Shown: positions 45,702 through 56,166 of the stretch, in pieces
Position numbering within the stretch: the first letter of the stretch is position 1
Layout: every line of letters begins with the position of its first letter
Source: Polyangiaceae bacterium
GTDB lineage: Bacteria > Myxococcota_A > Polyangia > Polyangiales > Polyangiaceae
NCBI GenBank assembly: GCA_033763455.1
Contig: JANRKO010000002.1
Coordinates: forward strand, 1 to 63,803
Reading direction: 5' to 3'
DNA length: 63,803 bases
Notes under the pieces: generated by a model
Databases searched by the model: none
Told to the model about the DNA's origin: nothing
What the model saw: only the letters and a program-made list of their open reading frames with translations
Translations under genes and position numbers: made by a program

Positions 45702-48700
45702 ATGCGCTTTGGAGAGCTTCTAGCCACAGCCATCAAGCACTTTGGCGAGCGCGAACGGCGCGCCTGGATGGGTCGAAACCGCGCCCACATCGAATTCAAA
45801 CACGTGGGGGCCGCCGAATATCCGCTGTTCGAGGCCGCCGTGAGGGAGCGTGCGAAGGAGCTCGCTCAACTCCTTTGGGTAGAAGTGAATCCCTACACCG
45901 AACGCGTGGTGTTTGCGTTTGAAGACGGCGCCTACTCCGAGCACAGGCTGAAGGAGCTGGTGGCAAGCGCAGAGCGCAGCGCAGGCCTTGGTAGCGCAAA
46001 GTTTCAAGATAGGGACGCAGACCACCCGGCAGACGTCGAACCCACCGAACGGCTGACACTGGAACTCGCCGCGGACATGGTGGGGCTGGCAGTCGGGCTA
46101 GGTCTCAAGTTCACACCGCTTCCTCCGTCGATGGTAGCAAGCGGCACAGCCAGCATTCTTGCTGTTGTGCGAGCCACACCACGGCTACGCAGGAGCCTTG
46201 ATGAACGTTTTGGTTTCGACCGCAGCGATCTCGCACTCGGCATTACAGGCGGCCTCACCTTAGGCTTCGCGCAACGTCCACTCAGCTCCGCCGTAGAACT
46301 CTTCCATAAGGCCGCGCTCTATCGCGAAGAACGCGGCCGACGCCAGGTGTGGGAGCAGCGCGAGCCAGAGCTCTGTGGTGCACCTATCACCTACGATCCA
46401 GCTTTGCTCGCCACCGAGCCTCGCCCCCGCCCCATGCCACCCGGGCCAATTGAAGAGTACGCAGATAAGGCGTGGATGGTCGGGCTCGGGGGATTTGCAG
46501 TCAGTTTTCTCACAACGCGCAGCGTGCCGCGCGCCACGGCAGCGTTGTTCGGTGGTTTGCCTAAACCAGCTCGCCTTGGCCGAGACGTATTTGCGACAGG
46601 TTTTAGCCAAACACTGGCCAAGCGGGGCGTTCTCGTTAAGAACCGGCACATTCTACGCCGGCTGGATCGCGTGGATTGCCTGGTGCTCCAGGGAGACTTG
46701 GTCGCACGTGATCGCTTCGTGGTTGGGGAAATCATCACAGAAAGTGAAGGGCTCAACGAGAATGAAGTGCGCGCTCGCGTCAACTCACTTTTTGATGCAG
46801 AGCACGCGATTGAAGTGCAGCGTGCGGACGCGTGGTCGCTTGGCCCTCCCCCACTCGTTCGCGCAAGCTTGTCGCCGAAGCTCGGCGAACAACACCGGCG
46901 GATGTCCGCCCAGGGGGGGCTCGTGTTGGCGCTCGCGCACGGCGTGGTTGCCGTGGCGCTCGTGGAAGTGCGCGTCATCACGCAAACTGGCATCGACGAG
47001 CTCATCGCCGCCGCCCACGCCGCACAAATGCGTGTGGTTATCGCCTCAAGCGACGAGGAGGTGCTGCAAGGGCTCCCCGCGGACGACACGATTGGCGAGG
47101 GCGAGGGCATGCGCCTTGGAATTCGCCGGCTACAGCGCGAGGGCCGCGTGGTGTGTGTGGTTGGCACTGGGAATTCGCCGGGCCTGGCAGTGGCCGACGT
47201 TGCGATTGGCCTCACCCGACATACCCTTGAGCCCACCCCTTGGGCCGCTCACATACTGTGCAGCGACGATCTTACCGACGTGCGCTTCATCATCCACGCC
47301 TGTGTCATCGCTCGCCAGATCTCAAAACAAAGTGTGAACGTCGCGCTCGGCGCCGCGACCGTAGGCGCGTTGGTGTCCGCGGGAGGCCTTTTGCCGCTCA
47401 CGGGGCGGCGAGTGCTCACGGTGGTGAACGCCGCTTCGATGATCGCAATGCTCAATGGCGTCCGGGGTTCGGCCACATTGGCGCGCCAAGCGTTGCCGCC
47501 GCCGCGAGACAGAACACCCTGGCACGCGCTTGACGCGCGCGGGGTGCTCACTCAGCTCACCACGGCAGAAACCGGCCTATCCCACCGTGAAGCCAGCGAA
47601 CGCACCCGGCCCGAAGCTACACCGCGCACCCGGTTCTCCGGGCTGAGTGAAGCGATTACCGACGAGCTCTTCAATCCGCTGGCACCTTTGCTTGCAGCCG
47701 GCGCCGGGCTCTCAGCCGTTGTTGGATCATTTGGGGATGCAGCCATGGTCGGCGGCGTGGTCGTAGTGAATGCTGTTGTAGGTGGGGTGCAGAAGTTCCG
47801 CACGGAGCGCGCCATCTACGATCTTGCGCAATCAAGCCGCCGCAGAGCTAGCGTACTCCGAGCAGGCGAGGTCCTGGAAGTAGACGCGGCCCAGCTCGTA
47901 CGTGGAGATATCCTGTTGTTGGGTCCGGGGGACGCCGTGCCGGCGGATTGCCGCATCCTGGAGTCCGAGTCTCTGGAGGTGGATGCTTCGGGCCTCACGG
48001 GAGAATCGCTGCCGGTGAAGAAGAGCGCGGCGCCTTCATTTGAAGCAAACGTTGCTGATCGTACCTCAATGCTGTTCGAAGGCACCAACATCGCAAGCGG
48101 GCGGGCGAAAGCCATCGTGGTAGCGGTGGGTGACGTGACAGAAGCTCGTCGCGGTGCCGTAGCTCCGCGCCACGACGCGAGCCGTTCGGGGGTCGAGCGG
48201 CGCTTGAAGTCTCTCATCGATCTAACTGGCCCGATTGCCCTCGGGGCCGGAGCGGGCCTCATCGGCGTGGGGCTACTTCGCGGCAGAAAGCTCGAAGATC
48301 TGGTGGGGTCAGCCGTCAGTTTAGCGGTTGCCTCCGTGCCCGAGGGGTTGCCTGTTTTGGCCACGGCCGCGCAATTGGCGGCCGCCGAACGTCTGTCAAA
48401 ACGCGGTGCCTTGGTGCGCAACGCGCGCAGCATCGAAGCGCTCGGCCGCGTGGATGTGCTGTGCCTCGATAAAACGGGCACCCTCACCGAAGGTCGCATC
48501 GAGCTCAGCCTGGTGGCAGATCTCAGCGGCGAACACGAGCTCTCAGAAGATGGCTACGCACGAGGCTTTGCCATCCTGGGAGCAGCTCTTCGCGCCGCAC
48601 CCGATCCGCAACACCACGTGAGCCAGGGCGATCCCACAGACGCCTCCTTGTTCCGTGCAGCGGCGCACTTTGCCGTTCGCGCTGAACATGGCCGCGAAGC

Positions 48701-50186
48701 GTGGCAGCGCCTAGCTGAGCTCTCCTTCGAATCCGGGCGCGGTTATCATGCAGTGCTCGGAGAGTCTGCGATCGGCGCTCTCCTCAGCGTCAAAGGGGCG
48801 CCAGAAATACTCATCCCGCGATCTACCTACGTGGAAGTAGACGGACAGATCGTCCCCCTGGAAGAAGAAACCCGAACGCAGCTTGACGAAATCGCTACCC
48901 GCATGGCTCGTCGAGGGCTACGCGTCTTGGCTGTAGGTGAAAAGCTCGCCACCCCCCATGCGTTGGTCGAGCCATCCCAGGTGAATGACCTCGTTTTCCA
49001 GGGGTTTATCGCCTTCCGCGACCCGGTGCGCCCCACGTCGGCGGCGGCTATCGAGCGGCTGCGCCGTGCGGGGGTGCGCCCAGTAATGATCACGGGAGAC
49101 CACCCAAGCACGGCCGAGGCAATTGCGCGTGAGCTGGGTTTGCTGCGGGGTGATCGCGTGATGTCCGGCGCCGAACTCTCTCGCCTGAGCGACGAAGAGT
49201 TGGACGCCAAAGTAGATCACATCGCAGTATTCGCCCGCGTTACACCTCCGCAAAAGGTGCGCGTGGTGCGCGCGCTGCAACGCGCTTCTCATGTAGTGGC
49301 GATGGTAGGTGATGGCGCCAACGATGCACCCGCCATTCGCCTAGCCAACGTGGGCATAGCGATCGGTGAACAGAGCACCTCCGCGGCACGCGCCGCCGCC
49401 GATATTGTCCTCACCGATGAACGCATCGAAACGCTCGTTGATGCCATTGCCGAAGGTCGCGCCATGTGGGCATCCGTGCGCGATGCCGTCTCGATTCTCG
49501 TAGGCGGCAACTTGGGAGAAATAGCCTTCACGTTGCTCGGCGGGCTCGTGGATGGGCGTCCGCCGTTGAATCCTCGCCAGCTGCTCTTGGTGAACCTCCT
49601 CACTGATGTGGCCCCGGCCATGGCCATCGCCCTGCGCCCGCCCGACGCCGCCACCTTGAGCTCGCTCGCCAACGAAGGTCCGGATGCCTCCCTCGGGCAA
49701 CCGCTCAACCGAGACATCGCGGCCCGCGCAACTATCACGGCCATCGGCGCTGGAACCGCATGGATGGCCAGCAGGTTCACGAGCTCACGGCCGCGCGCAA
49801 GCACAGTTGGGTTGCTCGCACTCGTAGGCACTCAGCTCGGGCAAACACTGGTTTCCGGTCGCTTTAACCGCTCCGTCGTGACAACAAGCTTGGCATCCGC
49901 CGGGGTGCTAGCCGCCATCGTTCAAACCCCCGGAGTAAGCGGTATATTCGGCTGCCGCCCGATTGGCCCTATCGGCTGGGCACTCGCCGTGGGCTCATCA
50001 GCCGGAGCCACCGCCCTCGGCGCCTACTTCCCGCAACTCTCGAACGAGGCCATCAAGTGGTGGCGCTTGAATCGCCGGATGTCTTTAGCCGACGACCCAG
50101 ACGTCAGTCAGCCCGAGCCGCACGGCCTCCGCCACAGTATCGCTGCGATCGCAGGTGAGCTCGGAGCAAGTTCGGCGGAGGGCTGA
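45702..50186 (+). CDS. Large cation-transporting P-type ATPase (CtpH/CtpI-like)
   Basis: LTGES, VPEGLP, DKTGT, KGAPE, MITGDH, GDGANDAPA and NLLTD in the C-terminal ~850 aa; degenerate ATPase-like N-terminal half. Confidence 0.92.
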   Translation: MRFGELLATAIKHFGERERRAWMGRNRAHIEFKHVGAAEYPLFEAAVRERAKELAQLLWVEVNPYTERVVFAFEDGAYSEHRLKELVASAERSAGLGSAKFQDRDADHPADVEPTERLTLELAADMVGLAVGLGLKFTPLPPSMVASGTASILAVVRATPRLRRSLDERFGFDRSDLALGITGGLTLGFAQRPLSSAVELFHKAALYREERGRRQVWEQREPELCGAPITYDPALLATEPRPRPMPPGPIEEYADKAWMVGLGGFAVSFLTTRSVPRATAALFGGLPKPARLGRDVFATGFSQTLAKRGVLVKNRHILRRLDRVDCLVLQGDLVARDRFVVGEIITESEGLNENEVRARVNSLFDAEHAIEVQRADAWSLGPPPLVRASLSPKLGEQHRRMSAQGGLVLALAHGVVAVALVEVRVITQTGIDELIAAAHAAQMRVVIASSDEEVLQGLPADDTIGEGEGMRLGIRRLQREGRVVCVVGTGNSPGLAVADVAIGLTRHTLEPTPWAAHILCSDDLTDVRFIIHACVIARQISKQSVNVALGAATVGALVSAGGLLPLTGRRVLTVVNAASMIAMLNGVRGSATLARQALPPPRDRTPWHALDARGVLTQLTTAETGLSHREASERTRPEATPRTRFSGLSEAITDELFNPLAPLLAAGAGLSAVVGSFGDAAMVGGVVVVNAVVGGVQKFRTERAIYDLAQSSRRRASVLRAGEVLEVDAAQLVRGDILLLGPGDAVPADCRILESESLEVDASGLTGESLPVKKSAAPSFEANVADRTSMLFEGTNIASGRAKAIVVAVGDVTEARRGAVAPRHDASRSGVERRLKSLIDLTGPIALGAGAGLIGVGLLRGRKLEDLVGSAVSLAVASVPEGLPVLATAAQLAAAERLSKRGALVRNARSIEALGRVDVLCLDKTGTLTEGRIELSLVADLSGEHELSEDGYARGFAILGAALRAAPDPQHHVSQGDPTDASLFRAAAHFAVRAEHGREAWQRLAELSFESGRGYHAVLGESAIGALLSVKGAPEILIPRSTYVEVDGQIVPLEEETRTQLDEIATRMARRGLRVLAVGEKLATPHALVEPSQVNDLVFQGFIAFRDPVRPTSAAAIERLRRAGVRPVMITGDHPSTAEAIARELGLLRGDRVMSGAELSRLSDEELDAKVDHIAVFARVTPPQKVRVVRALQRASHVVAMVGDGANDAPAIRLANVGIAIGEQSTSAARAAADIVLTDERIETLVDAIAEGRAMWASVRDAVSILVGGNLGEIAFTLLGGLVDGRPPLNPRQLLLVNLLTDVAPAMAIALRPPDAATLSSLANEGPDASLGQPLNRDIAARATITAIGAGTAWMASRFTSSRPRASTVGLLALVGTQLGQTLVSGRFNRSVVTTSLASAGVLAAIVQTPGVSGIFGCRPIGPIGWALAVGSSAGATALGAYFPQLSNEAIKWWRLNRRMSLADDPDVSQPEPHGLRHSIAAIAGELGASSAEG

Positions 50187-50197
50187 TCCCCAAATGA

Positions 50198-50231
50198 CGA
50201 AAAGCCCGGAGCTTAGTGCTCGGGCTTTTCG
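50198..50231. terminator. Bidirectional terminator
   Basis: CGAAAAGCCCG...CGGGCTTTTCG inverted repeat between convergent genes. Confidence 0.8.
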
Positions 50232-50310
50232 CTTCGTTCGATCCGATCCGAGCCGGGCTTATGCCGAAGGGCTCCGGAGATCGGTCTGTACCAAAGGGCT
50301 CAGGGGATGG

Positions 50311-50889
50311 TTACTTTTCCACGTTGAGCTTGAACATGACGGTGACTTGAACCGTCGTATCCATGCAAACGAGCGTAAAGCAGGGCTTTTCGATGCCGTG
50401 TTTAGTGATGTCAACCGGGAACGAGCCCTGCACTACAATGTCGCTTCCAAAGCGCTGAAGCGTAATAGACGCCTTCTTGGGTTTCGCTTGCCCGTTGACC
50501 GTGAGGGTGCCATTGGCGCCCAACGTTTTCTTCTGCTTATCTGCCAGCCCCTGAGCAACCTTGATGAACTCCCTCACGTCGTTCACCTCATAGATGACCT
50601 TGGGGGTCCCCATGTACTTCACGACGTGTTTGTCACGCTCACCGATCCCGGTCTTGAGCGAATTCACGGGCGTCGTGAACTTCAGCTTCCCGTTACCCCC
50701 TCTGGAGTAGTCAATCGTGAGGTCCCCCGACTGCCCGTTGATTTTCATGCCACCGGTGGCGGTTGCCGAAAAGGCTACTCGACGCGTCTTTTTGAACGTC
50801 AAGCCCGCCGTGTCGGCGCTGGCAGTGAGCGTGGAGCCAATTGTGGAAAGAGCAATCGCAGCGACTAACAGAAATCTACGAGCAATCAT
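50311..50889 (-). CDS. YceI-family secreted protein
   Basis: Signal peptide, PVNSLKTGIGERDKH, GTLTVNG, DITKHGIEKP. Confidence 0.82.
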   Translation of the reverse strand: MIARRFLLVAAIALSTIGSTLTASADTAGLTFKKTRRVAFSATATGGMKINGQSGDLTIDYSRGGNGKLKFTTPVNSLKTGIGERDKHVVKYMGTPKVIYEVNDVREFIKVAQGLADKQKKTLGANGTLTVNGQAKPKKASITLQRFGSDIVVQGSFPVDITKHGIEKPCFTLVCMDTTVQVTVMFKLNVEK

Positions 50890-51195
50890 GATTGTATTCC
50901 TGTGTTTGTGGGAACTGACTAACTGGTTTCCGCCTAAACTGGAAGCCTGAGTGGGAAGTTCGATGGGTTTTCCGGCGAACAGGCGTCAGGGAGCTTTCGA
51001 AGCTTAGTACCCCAGGACATCGCGAATTCTCCCCTACTGCCGAAGATGATGCCAGGCCAGCAGCCGCTCTTCTGGGTCTTCGTCGAACGAGCTCAGGCTT
51101 TTCTCCGGGGACGGCGATGGACGCTGGGGAGGGGGACATCTGGGAAGAACCTGAGCAATATTGCTGCTTTTCGGAACTAACTTATTGGTTTCACA

Positions 51196-51723
51196 CTACC
51201 TACGCGGCCCCGCCACGCCTGCGCCCGGGTTGCTGCGGCGGGACCGAAAGCGAAGAAGCCCAACCCCGGCAACAAACCCACCCGCGAGCAGAGTGCCCCA
51301 ACTGAAGGAGCTCCGGGGTTCCACGTGCGCCCCGCAACCGTAGGTGGGGCCACAGATGGCCTCGCCGTTTTGATTGGGGTTGGTGTTGTCGAACTCGATT
51401 TGTTCGATGTCGTTAACGCCGTTGCCGTCGACGTCGAGCGCAAGCATCTTCGCCCGAAGGCCCTCGAGAGCACCAGCTACATCACCCATGGCAGCAGCCT
51501 TCGCCCCTAAAAATGCACTTCCGAATGGAGTTCCAATCGATGCTAGCGTCCCCGGATTGGTAGAGTGGCACAGCGTGCACTGAGGTACACAAGTCAACTT
51601 CAGATGATCCTTAACTTGCGCTGGAAACTTCTCCGACGCAGATGCGACACCGGCATGAGTGCACAAGGCCACGCCAAACACGAGGATTGCTAAGACTCGA
51701 CCGGTGCTGGTGCTGTATTTCAT
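51196..51723 (-). CDS. Small secreted monoheme cytochrome c-like protein with a MYXO-CTERM-like tail
   Basis: Signal peptide, CTLCH...TPFG, DVDGNGVND Ca-binding-like loop, YGC...TM...RFRSRR. Confidence 0.75.
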   Translation of the reverse strand: MKYSTSTGRVLAILVFGVALCTHAGVASASEKFPAQVKDHLKLTCVPQCTLCHSTNPGTLASIGTPFGSAFLGAKAAAMGDVAGALEGLRAKMLALDVDGNGVNDIEQIEFDNTNPNQNGEAICGPTYGCGAHVEPRSSFSWGTLLAGGFVAGVGLLRFRSRRSNPGAGVAGPRR

Positions 51724-51740
51724 GGATTTCACTATGCACC

Positions 51741-53171
51741 TCACAAGTAAACGTGCAGCTGCCCTAGGATTTGGGTCGCTTCATTGTGCCTAAAGACAGC
51801 ATCTACCCGCAACGACATGTGCGAGTAAAAATACCAGTCAGCGCTCGCCCAAAACCCAGTGTTGGGCTTGCCCGCTCCGGGCACAACGATCGACGGAACG
51901 GTTCGCGGAGGCTCTCCTCCAGGCACGGCGGGTGGCCTCGCAAATTTGTACCCCTGATCCTGCACCTCGACTGAGCCTATAAAGTGAAGGCCTTGCGTGA
52001 TCTCGTAGTCCCCCTGGAGCAACCCTACGTACCCAAGGTCGCGCCGAGAATTTGTGACCGCATCTACCTCACCAAAGAGGACCAGCGGCTCCGCTAAGGT
52101 GAGCCTCCAAAACACGCCGTTTGCGGTGCGTGTATGGCGCTCGCTCTCAAGCGTAAGGCGATCCCTGGCGGCTGTCGTCCACAAGCTACTCACGCCGAAT
52201 GCGTTCTGTTCGTCCAGCATGCCTTCGACGTACCCAGCGTAACCGCGCTCACGATATTCGTCCGGATTCATCTGGAAGTTGCCAGCGATTCCCATCACCT
52301 CCGCGCGCAGGCCATCGACATTGTAGGACAGAGCAACACCGTGCTGCTGATCAGACTCGCGATCAGTTCGTGTGGTTTCACGAACCCACATTACGTGCTC
52401 AGGAATACGCAACCCGTAGGGCAAGTTGATACGACCTGCCCTCAGCAGATACTTGCTATCTCCGAATTCGTAGCCCAGCCAGTGCGTGCGGCTGATCATG
52501 TTCAGGCCATCATCCTGACTGCCAGTGACCTGGGCAGGGCGTCCATGCGGGGAGCCTGCGGGTGCTTTCGTGACACCGATCGATGCGGCAACCCGGAAGT
52601 GGCCAGCCGTGTACTGACCGTACACGTCAGCCATCATCGGAAATACCTTGGTGGTTCCAGGAGTCGTAGCCCCATCCGCACCCTTAAGGTCCATCTTCTT
52701 CAGCAACGCTACGCGAAAGCCGCCGCCGAGAAGCAGTGGATCGGGCAAAGGCACAGCGCCCCAAAGAAAGGCCCCTGCACCAACACCCGAATCCGATTCC
52801 TCTGCGGGTGCCGGCTCAGACTTCGACGATTCTCCGGCCGCCGCGCTATCTTCATCAGAATCCATCGCAGCAAAGGCGGCGAGATCCACCTCGCCCGTAC
52901 TGATCGGCTTGGCACCATGCGATGCGCCTCCGTAGGGCATCCTGAGAAGGTACTCGCCCTGGGCCTGACCGTATGCCGTTAGCAATTCGCCGCCGGAAGG
53001 ATCAGCATGGCACGTGGGGCAACCGCCGTAACGATGCTTGATTAGCCACGCATACGCATGTGCCTCCGAGGTCAGCGTCAGGCTTACGCCCGAGGCAAAC
53101 GCGATCAAGAGAGCTAGGCGCAAAAGGCCGCGGAAGAGCTCGCGCACTCCGCGGATTTCGGCAAACTTCAT
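51741..53171 (-). CDS. Cytochrome c-porin fusion (Cyc2-like architecture)
   Basis: Signal peptide ending AHA, mature N-terminus YAWLIKHRYGGCPTCHADPSGGELLTAYG, acidic linker, and a beta-barrel ending GQLHVYL. Confidence 0.75.
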   Translation of the reverse strand: MKFAEIRGVRELFRGLLRLALLIAFASGVSLTLTSEAHAYAWLIKHRYGGCPTCHADPSGGELLTAYGQAQGEYLLRMPYGGASHGAKPISTGEVDLAAFAAMDSDEDSAAAGESSKSEPAPAEESDSGVGAGAFLWGAVPLPDPLLLGGGFRVALLKKMDLKGADGATTPGTTKVFPMMADVYGQYTAGHFRVAASIGVTKAPAGSPHGRPAQVTGSQDDGLNMISRTHWLGYEFGDSKYLLRAGRINLPYGLRIPEHVMWVRETTRTDRESDQQHGVALSYNVDGLRAEVMGIAGNFQMNPDEYRERGYAGYVEGMLDEQNAFGVSSLWTTAARDRLTLESERHTRTANGVFWRLTLAEPLVLFGEVDAVTNSRRDLGYVGLLQGDYEITQGLHFIGSVEVQDQGYKFARPPAVPGGEPPRTVPSIVVPGAGKPNTGFWASADWYFYSHMSLRVDAVFRHNEATQILGQLHVYL

Positions 53172-53606
53172 ACAAGGCTTTTGACGCGGATCCGCGCTCA
53201 AGTCAATTCAGGAGCTGCCCCCAAACTCACCCAATTTACGGCAAAGTTTGCGGGCATTCGCAGCATCCGCGCCAGAGATGTTCGGTAAGTGTTCGCCACC
53301 CATTCGCCTTTCCCGCGTGGCCGACAACAAGCGCTAGCCCTTGGAACAGTGTCGAGTCTGACACACACACGTATCAATTCGCTTCGTTCCCCGCAGTACG
53401 AAATCTGACACTCACGCGCTCCAAAGCTGCACGTAGCCTGCCACCGCCGGCGCCTTTTCCCCAATACCGACGATATGAAGCACCAGCGCGAACGATACGA
53501 CACCACCCGCCCAAGGCGTCACACCTTGCGTGGCGTCCAACACCGACCGCGTCGAGGATCCGAGCGGAAACTCACCCCTGCCGCGTCGGGGACCCAACCG
53601 GGAAAA

Positions 53607-55322
53607 TCACTCTTCGTCCTCGTCCTCGGAGTCTTCTGAATCCGAAGCGTCAGTCGCGGCTTCGGTATCACTAGTTTCGTCGGATTTATCCGCCGCAGCT
53701 GACTTGGCAGCGGCTGAACTGGTTGCTTCGTCGGAAGCCGCAGCCGCGTTGACGGAAACATTCCCACCGGAACCAGGGAGCGCGAAGGAAACGCCCAACC
53801 ACCCAGAAACGTAATTGTCTACGCCGCCGCCAGCCACACGCGCAACTGCCACGTCCTCAGGAATTGAATTCGCGGTCCACGCATAGCGCGTGTAATCCAC
53901 GCCGGCTTCTAGTGAAACGGGGCCACCAGCCAAAGTCATGATAGGGAGCGCCGCACTCAGCGCAGCGTCCCAGCCCTGCGCCTTCGCACCTGGAAACCAG
54001 TTGTCGTTCTGCAGTTCGCCTGTGGCGCTGACCAAGCGCCCGCCAAAACCAGCAGTGATGGAAATTGGCTCTACGTTCACGGTGCCCTCAAGCCCAAGCC
54101 GTATGTAGCGGTAGTCGGTGCTGGGCACGGACACCTCACTGATACGATTGACCGTAGTCGACATCCCGGCTGCATTGGTCGTGATCACATCGACAAAATC
54201 GTTGTTCTCCGTTCCCACATCAAACCTGTGCTCACCAATCCCCCCGAAAGCGGCCGCCTGATGCTTGCCTAGGGGCACGCGCACCTTGCCACCGAGGAAG
54301 TAACTGAAGCTCGAGGTGGATAGCACGTCGTCACCAATCGCGGTCGTCGTGGAAAGCGCATCCTTTTGGTAATTCGCCACGACGCCAAAATACGCAGGAA
54401 CGCCGTCCGAGCCAAATGCGAGGGGATACAGTTCGAGTCCAACGAAAACTCCTGGGTATACCAGCGAATAGTCCACCAGGGGGTAACGTGCACCCGCTTC
54501 AAGCCCTCCAATATCCGCAGGAGCGGGGAGCTCAACGCCAGCGAGCTCTGGATAAAATCCATCCAACGGATCGGTGTAGGCGAAGCTTCGCGACCGCGCG
54601 CGGCCGCCCACTTCCACCTTGAGCGGCGTCAGCGAAGACCCGGTCTTTGGCTCATCTGCGGCAGGCGCGACCTCCTCAATCGGCGCTTCCTCTGCGTCGG
54701 CATTCTCTTCTTTTGCCGCCTTTTTTACCGCGCTTTCATCTTCTTCAAGCACTACAGCTTCCGGCGCTATTCCGCCGTCGGTTGCCACAGCGCCTGGGGC
54801 CGCTGCATCTGGAGCCGCCGCGCCCATACCTAGTACGCCCTCAAGCGCCGTGACCAAAGAGCTCTCAACACTCTTCTTCAGCTTAGCCGCACTGGCACCT
54901 TCAAACTCAACGCCATCCATCTCAACGCCGTCGGCGCCAAACACCTTCACGGTGAGGGTGTAGCCCTTCGGTGTCTTCTTAACTTCACCAACGACAATTG
55001 CTTTCGCTTTGTTCTTCTTAGCGAAGCCAGCCATCGCCTTCTCATCAGCGTCCGCTGCTAACGCTTTGCTCTTGTCGTCATCGACTTGCGCGAACTTATC
55101 AGGTGCGTTGTCAATCGCTCCACGCAGCCATTGCCTAACGCTAAACTGCATGGGGCCCGTAACGGGCCCTACAGCGATCAAACGAGGGCCTTCCTTCTCG
55201 GAAGGCTTTGCGGCAGCTTTCTTTGGGGCAGCCATTACCTCCGTGGCAGTTAGGCAAACAACGGACGACACGCTAAACGACAGCGCTCCTACAGCAAGCA
55301 ACCTAGAGTGCTTCAGAAACAT
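53607..55322 (-). CDS. Secreted protein with an N-terminal alpha/beta (TolB_N-like) domain, a beta-barrel-like region and an acidic tail
   Basis: Signal peptide, AIVVGEVKK..GYTLTVKVF, acidic linker, amphipathic strands up to YVSGWLGVSF, then a D/E/S/A-rich tail. Confidence 0.65.
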   Translation of the reverse strand: MFLKHSRLLAVGALSFSVSSVVCLTATEVMAAPKKAAAKPSEKEGPRLIAVGPVTGPMQFSVRQWLRGAIDNAPDKFAQVDDDKSKALAADADEKAMAGFAKKNKAKAIVVGEVKKTPKGYTLTVKVFGADGVEMDGVEFEGASAAKLKKSVESSLVTALEGVLGMGAAAPDAAAPGAVATDGGIAPEAVVLEEDESAVKKAAKEENADAEEAPIEEVAPAADEPKTGSSLTPLKVEVGGRARSRSFAYTDPLDGFYPELAGVELPAPADIGGLEAGARYPLVDYSLVYPGVFVGLELYPLAFGSDGVPAYFGVVANYQKDALSTTTAIGDDVLSTSSFSYFLGGKVRVPLGKHQAAAFGGIGEHRFDVGTENNDFVDVITTNAAGMSTTVNRISEVSVPSTDYRYIRLGLEGTVNVEPISITAGFGGRLVSATGELQNDNWFPGAKAQGWDAALSAALPIMTLAGGPVSLEAGVDYTRYAWTANSIPEDVAVARVAGGGVDNYVSGWLGVSFALPGSGGNVSVNAAAASDEATSSAAAKSAAADKSDETSDTEAATDASDSEDSEDEDEE

Positions 55323-55385
55323 GCATTAACCTTCCGAAAAACAGTAGTATAAGTAGACGGGGTGCTCTTTGCGTTTGGCGGACGA

Positions 55386-55988
55386 CTATTGCTTGCCCTT
55401 TGTAGCAATGTTCATGATCCAGTCCTGAATGCACTTCTTTGCTGTCGCGTCCATAAGACCCCCGTCGGGCATCTGCGTGCCACATGTCCCGTGCGTGCCG
55501 TTGACCTTCTTGAGAATCCAGCTTTCAGCCGGGCTCGTGGAATTCACGAGCAATGCAGGCGGACTCGGGCAACCCGCCGGTATCTTGGCTCCAAACCCAT
55601 TTTCGTGCGAAGCAGGCTTATCGAGCCACTGGCTCCAAAACGGCATCGTTTTCATGTCGAACGGCTTCCCAAGACCCATCGGACCCTGGTGGCAGGCTGA
55701 GAGAGTACACGTCATTATCGTTTTTGGGATATCGCACCCTACCGGATAGAAATCCGCATCCGCCTTAACGGCCCCCCCACCGCCACCCGAGCCCACGGCA
55801 GGCCCGCCGCCAGTCTTCGGTGGCATGGTCATTCCGCCACCACCAGTTCCGTACTTCAGGGCTTCGGCCTCGAAGTCCTCCGGATAATCCAATGTGCCAG
55901 GAGAACAGCCCTGGGATGCCGCCACAATCCCCAGGCCGAGAGCGAGTAACCAAGGTGCGTTTCGAACAAGAAGCGATGAAACAGCCAT
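55386..55988 (-). CDS. Monoheme cytochrome c-like lipoprotein (CX4CH motif)
   Basis: Lipobox SQG-C, Gly linker, CTLSACH, SWILKKV...CGTQMP (distal Met candidate), CIQDWI. Confidence 0.75.
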   Translation of the reverse strand: MAVSSLLVRNAPWLLALGLGIVAASQGCSPGTLDYPEDFEAEALKYGTGGGGMTMPPKTGGGPAVGSGGGGGAVKADADFYPVGCDIPKTIMTCTLSACHQGPMGLGKPFDMKTMPFWSQWLDKPASHENGFGAKIPAGCPSPPALLVNSTSPAESWILKKVNGTHGTCGTQMPDGGLMDATAKKCIQDWIMNIATKGKQ

Positions 55989-56166
55989 ATCAACGCAGGC
56001 CTTATCACTGCGCTTGGCGCTCGTCCAGCAAGGAGTTTCGCGCAGTTAGCGAATCTAACACATGACATTTTCGAGTCGTGCCCTGCCCGGAAATATTTAG
56101 GCGGGGTGCATCGAACAAATTCTCGGTCAGCTAAGAAAAACCCAAAGCCGCACGACCCGCGAAAAC

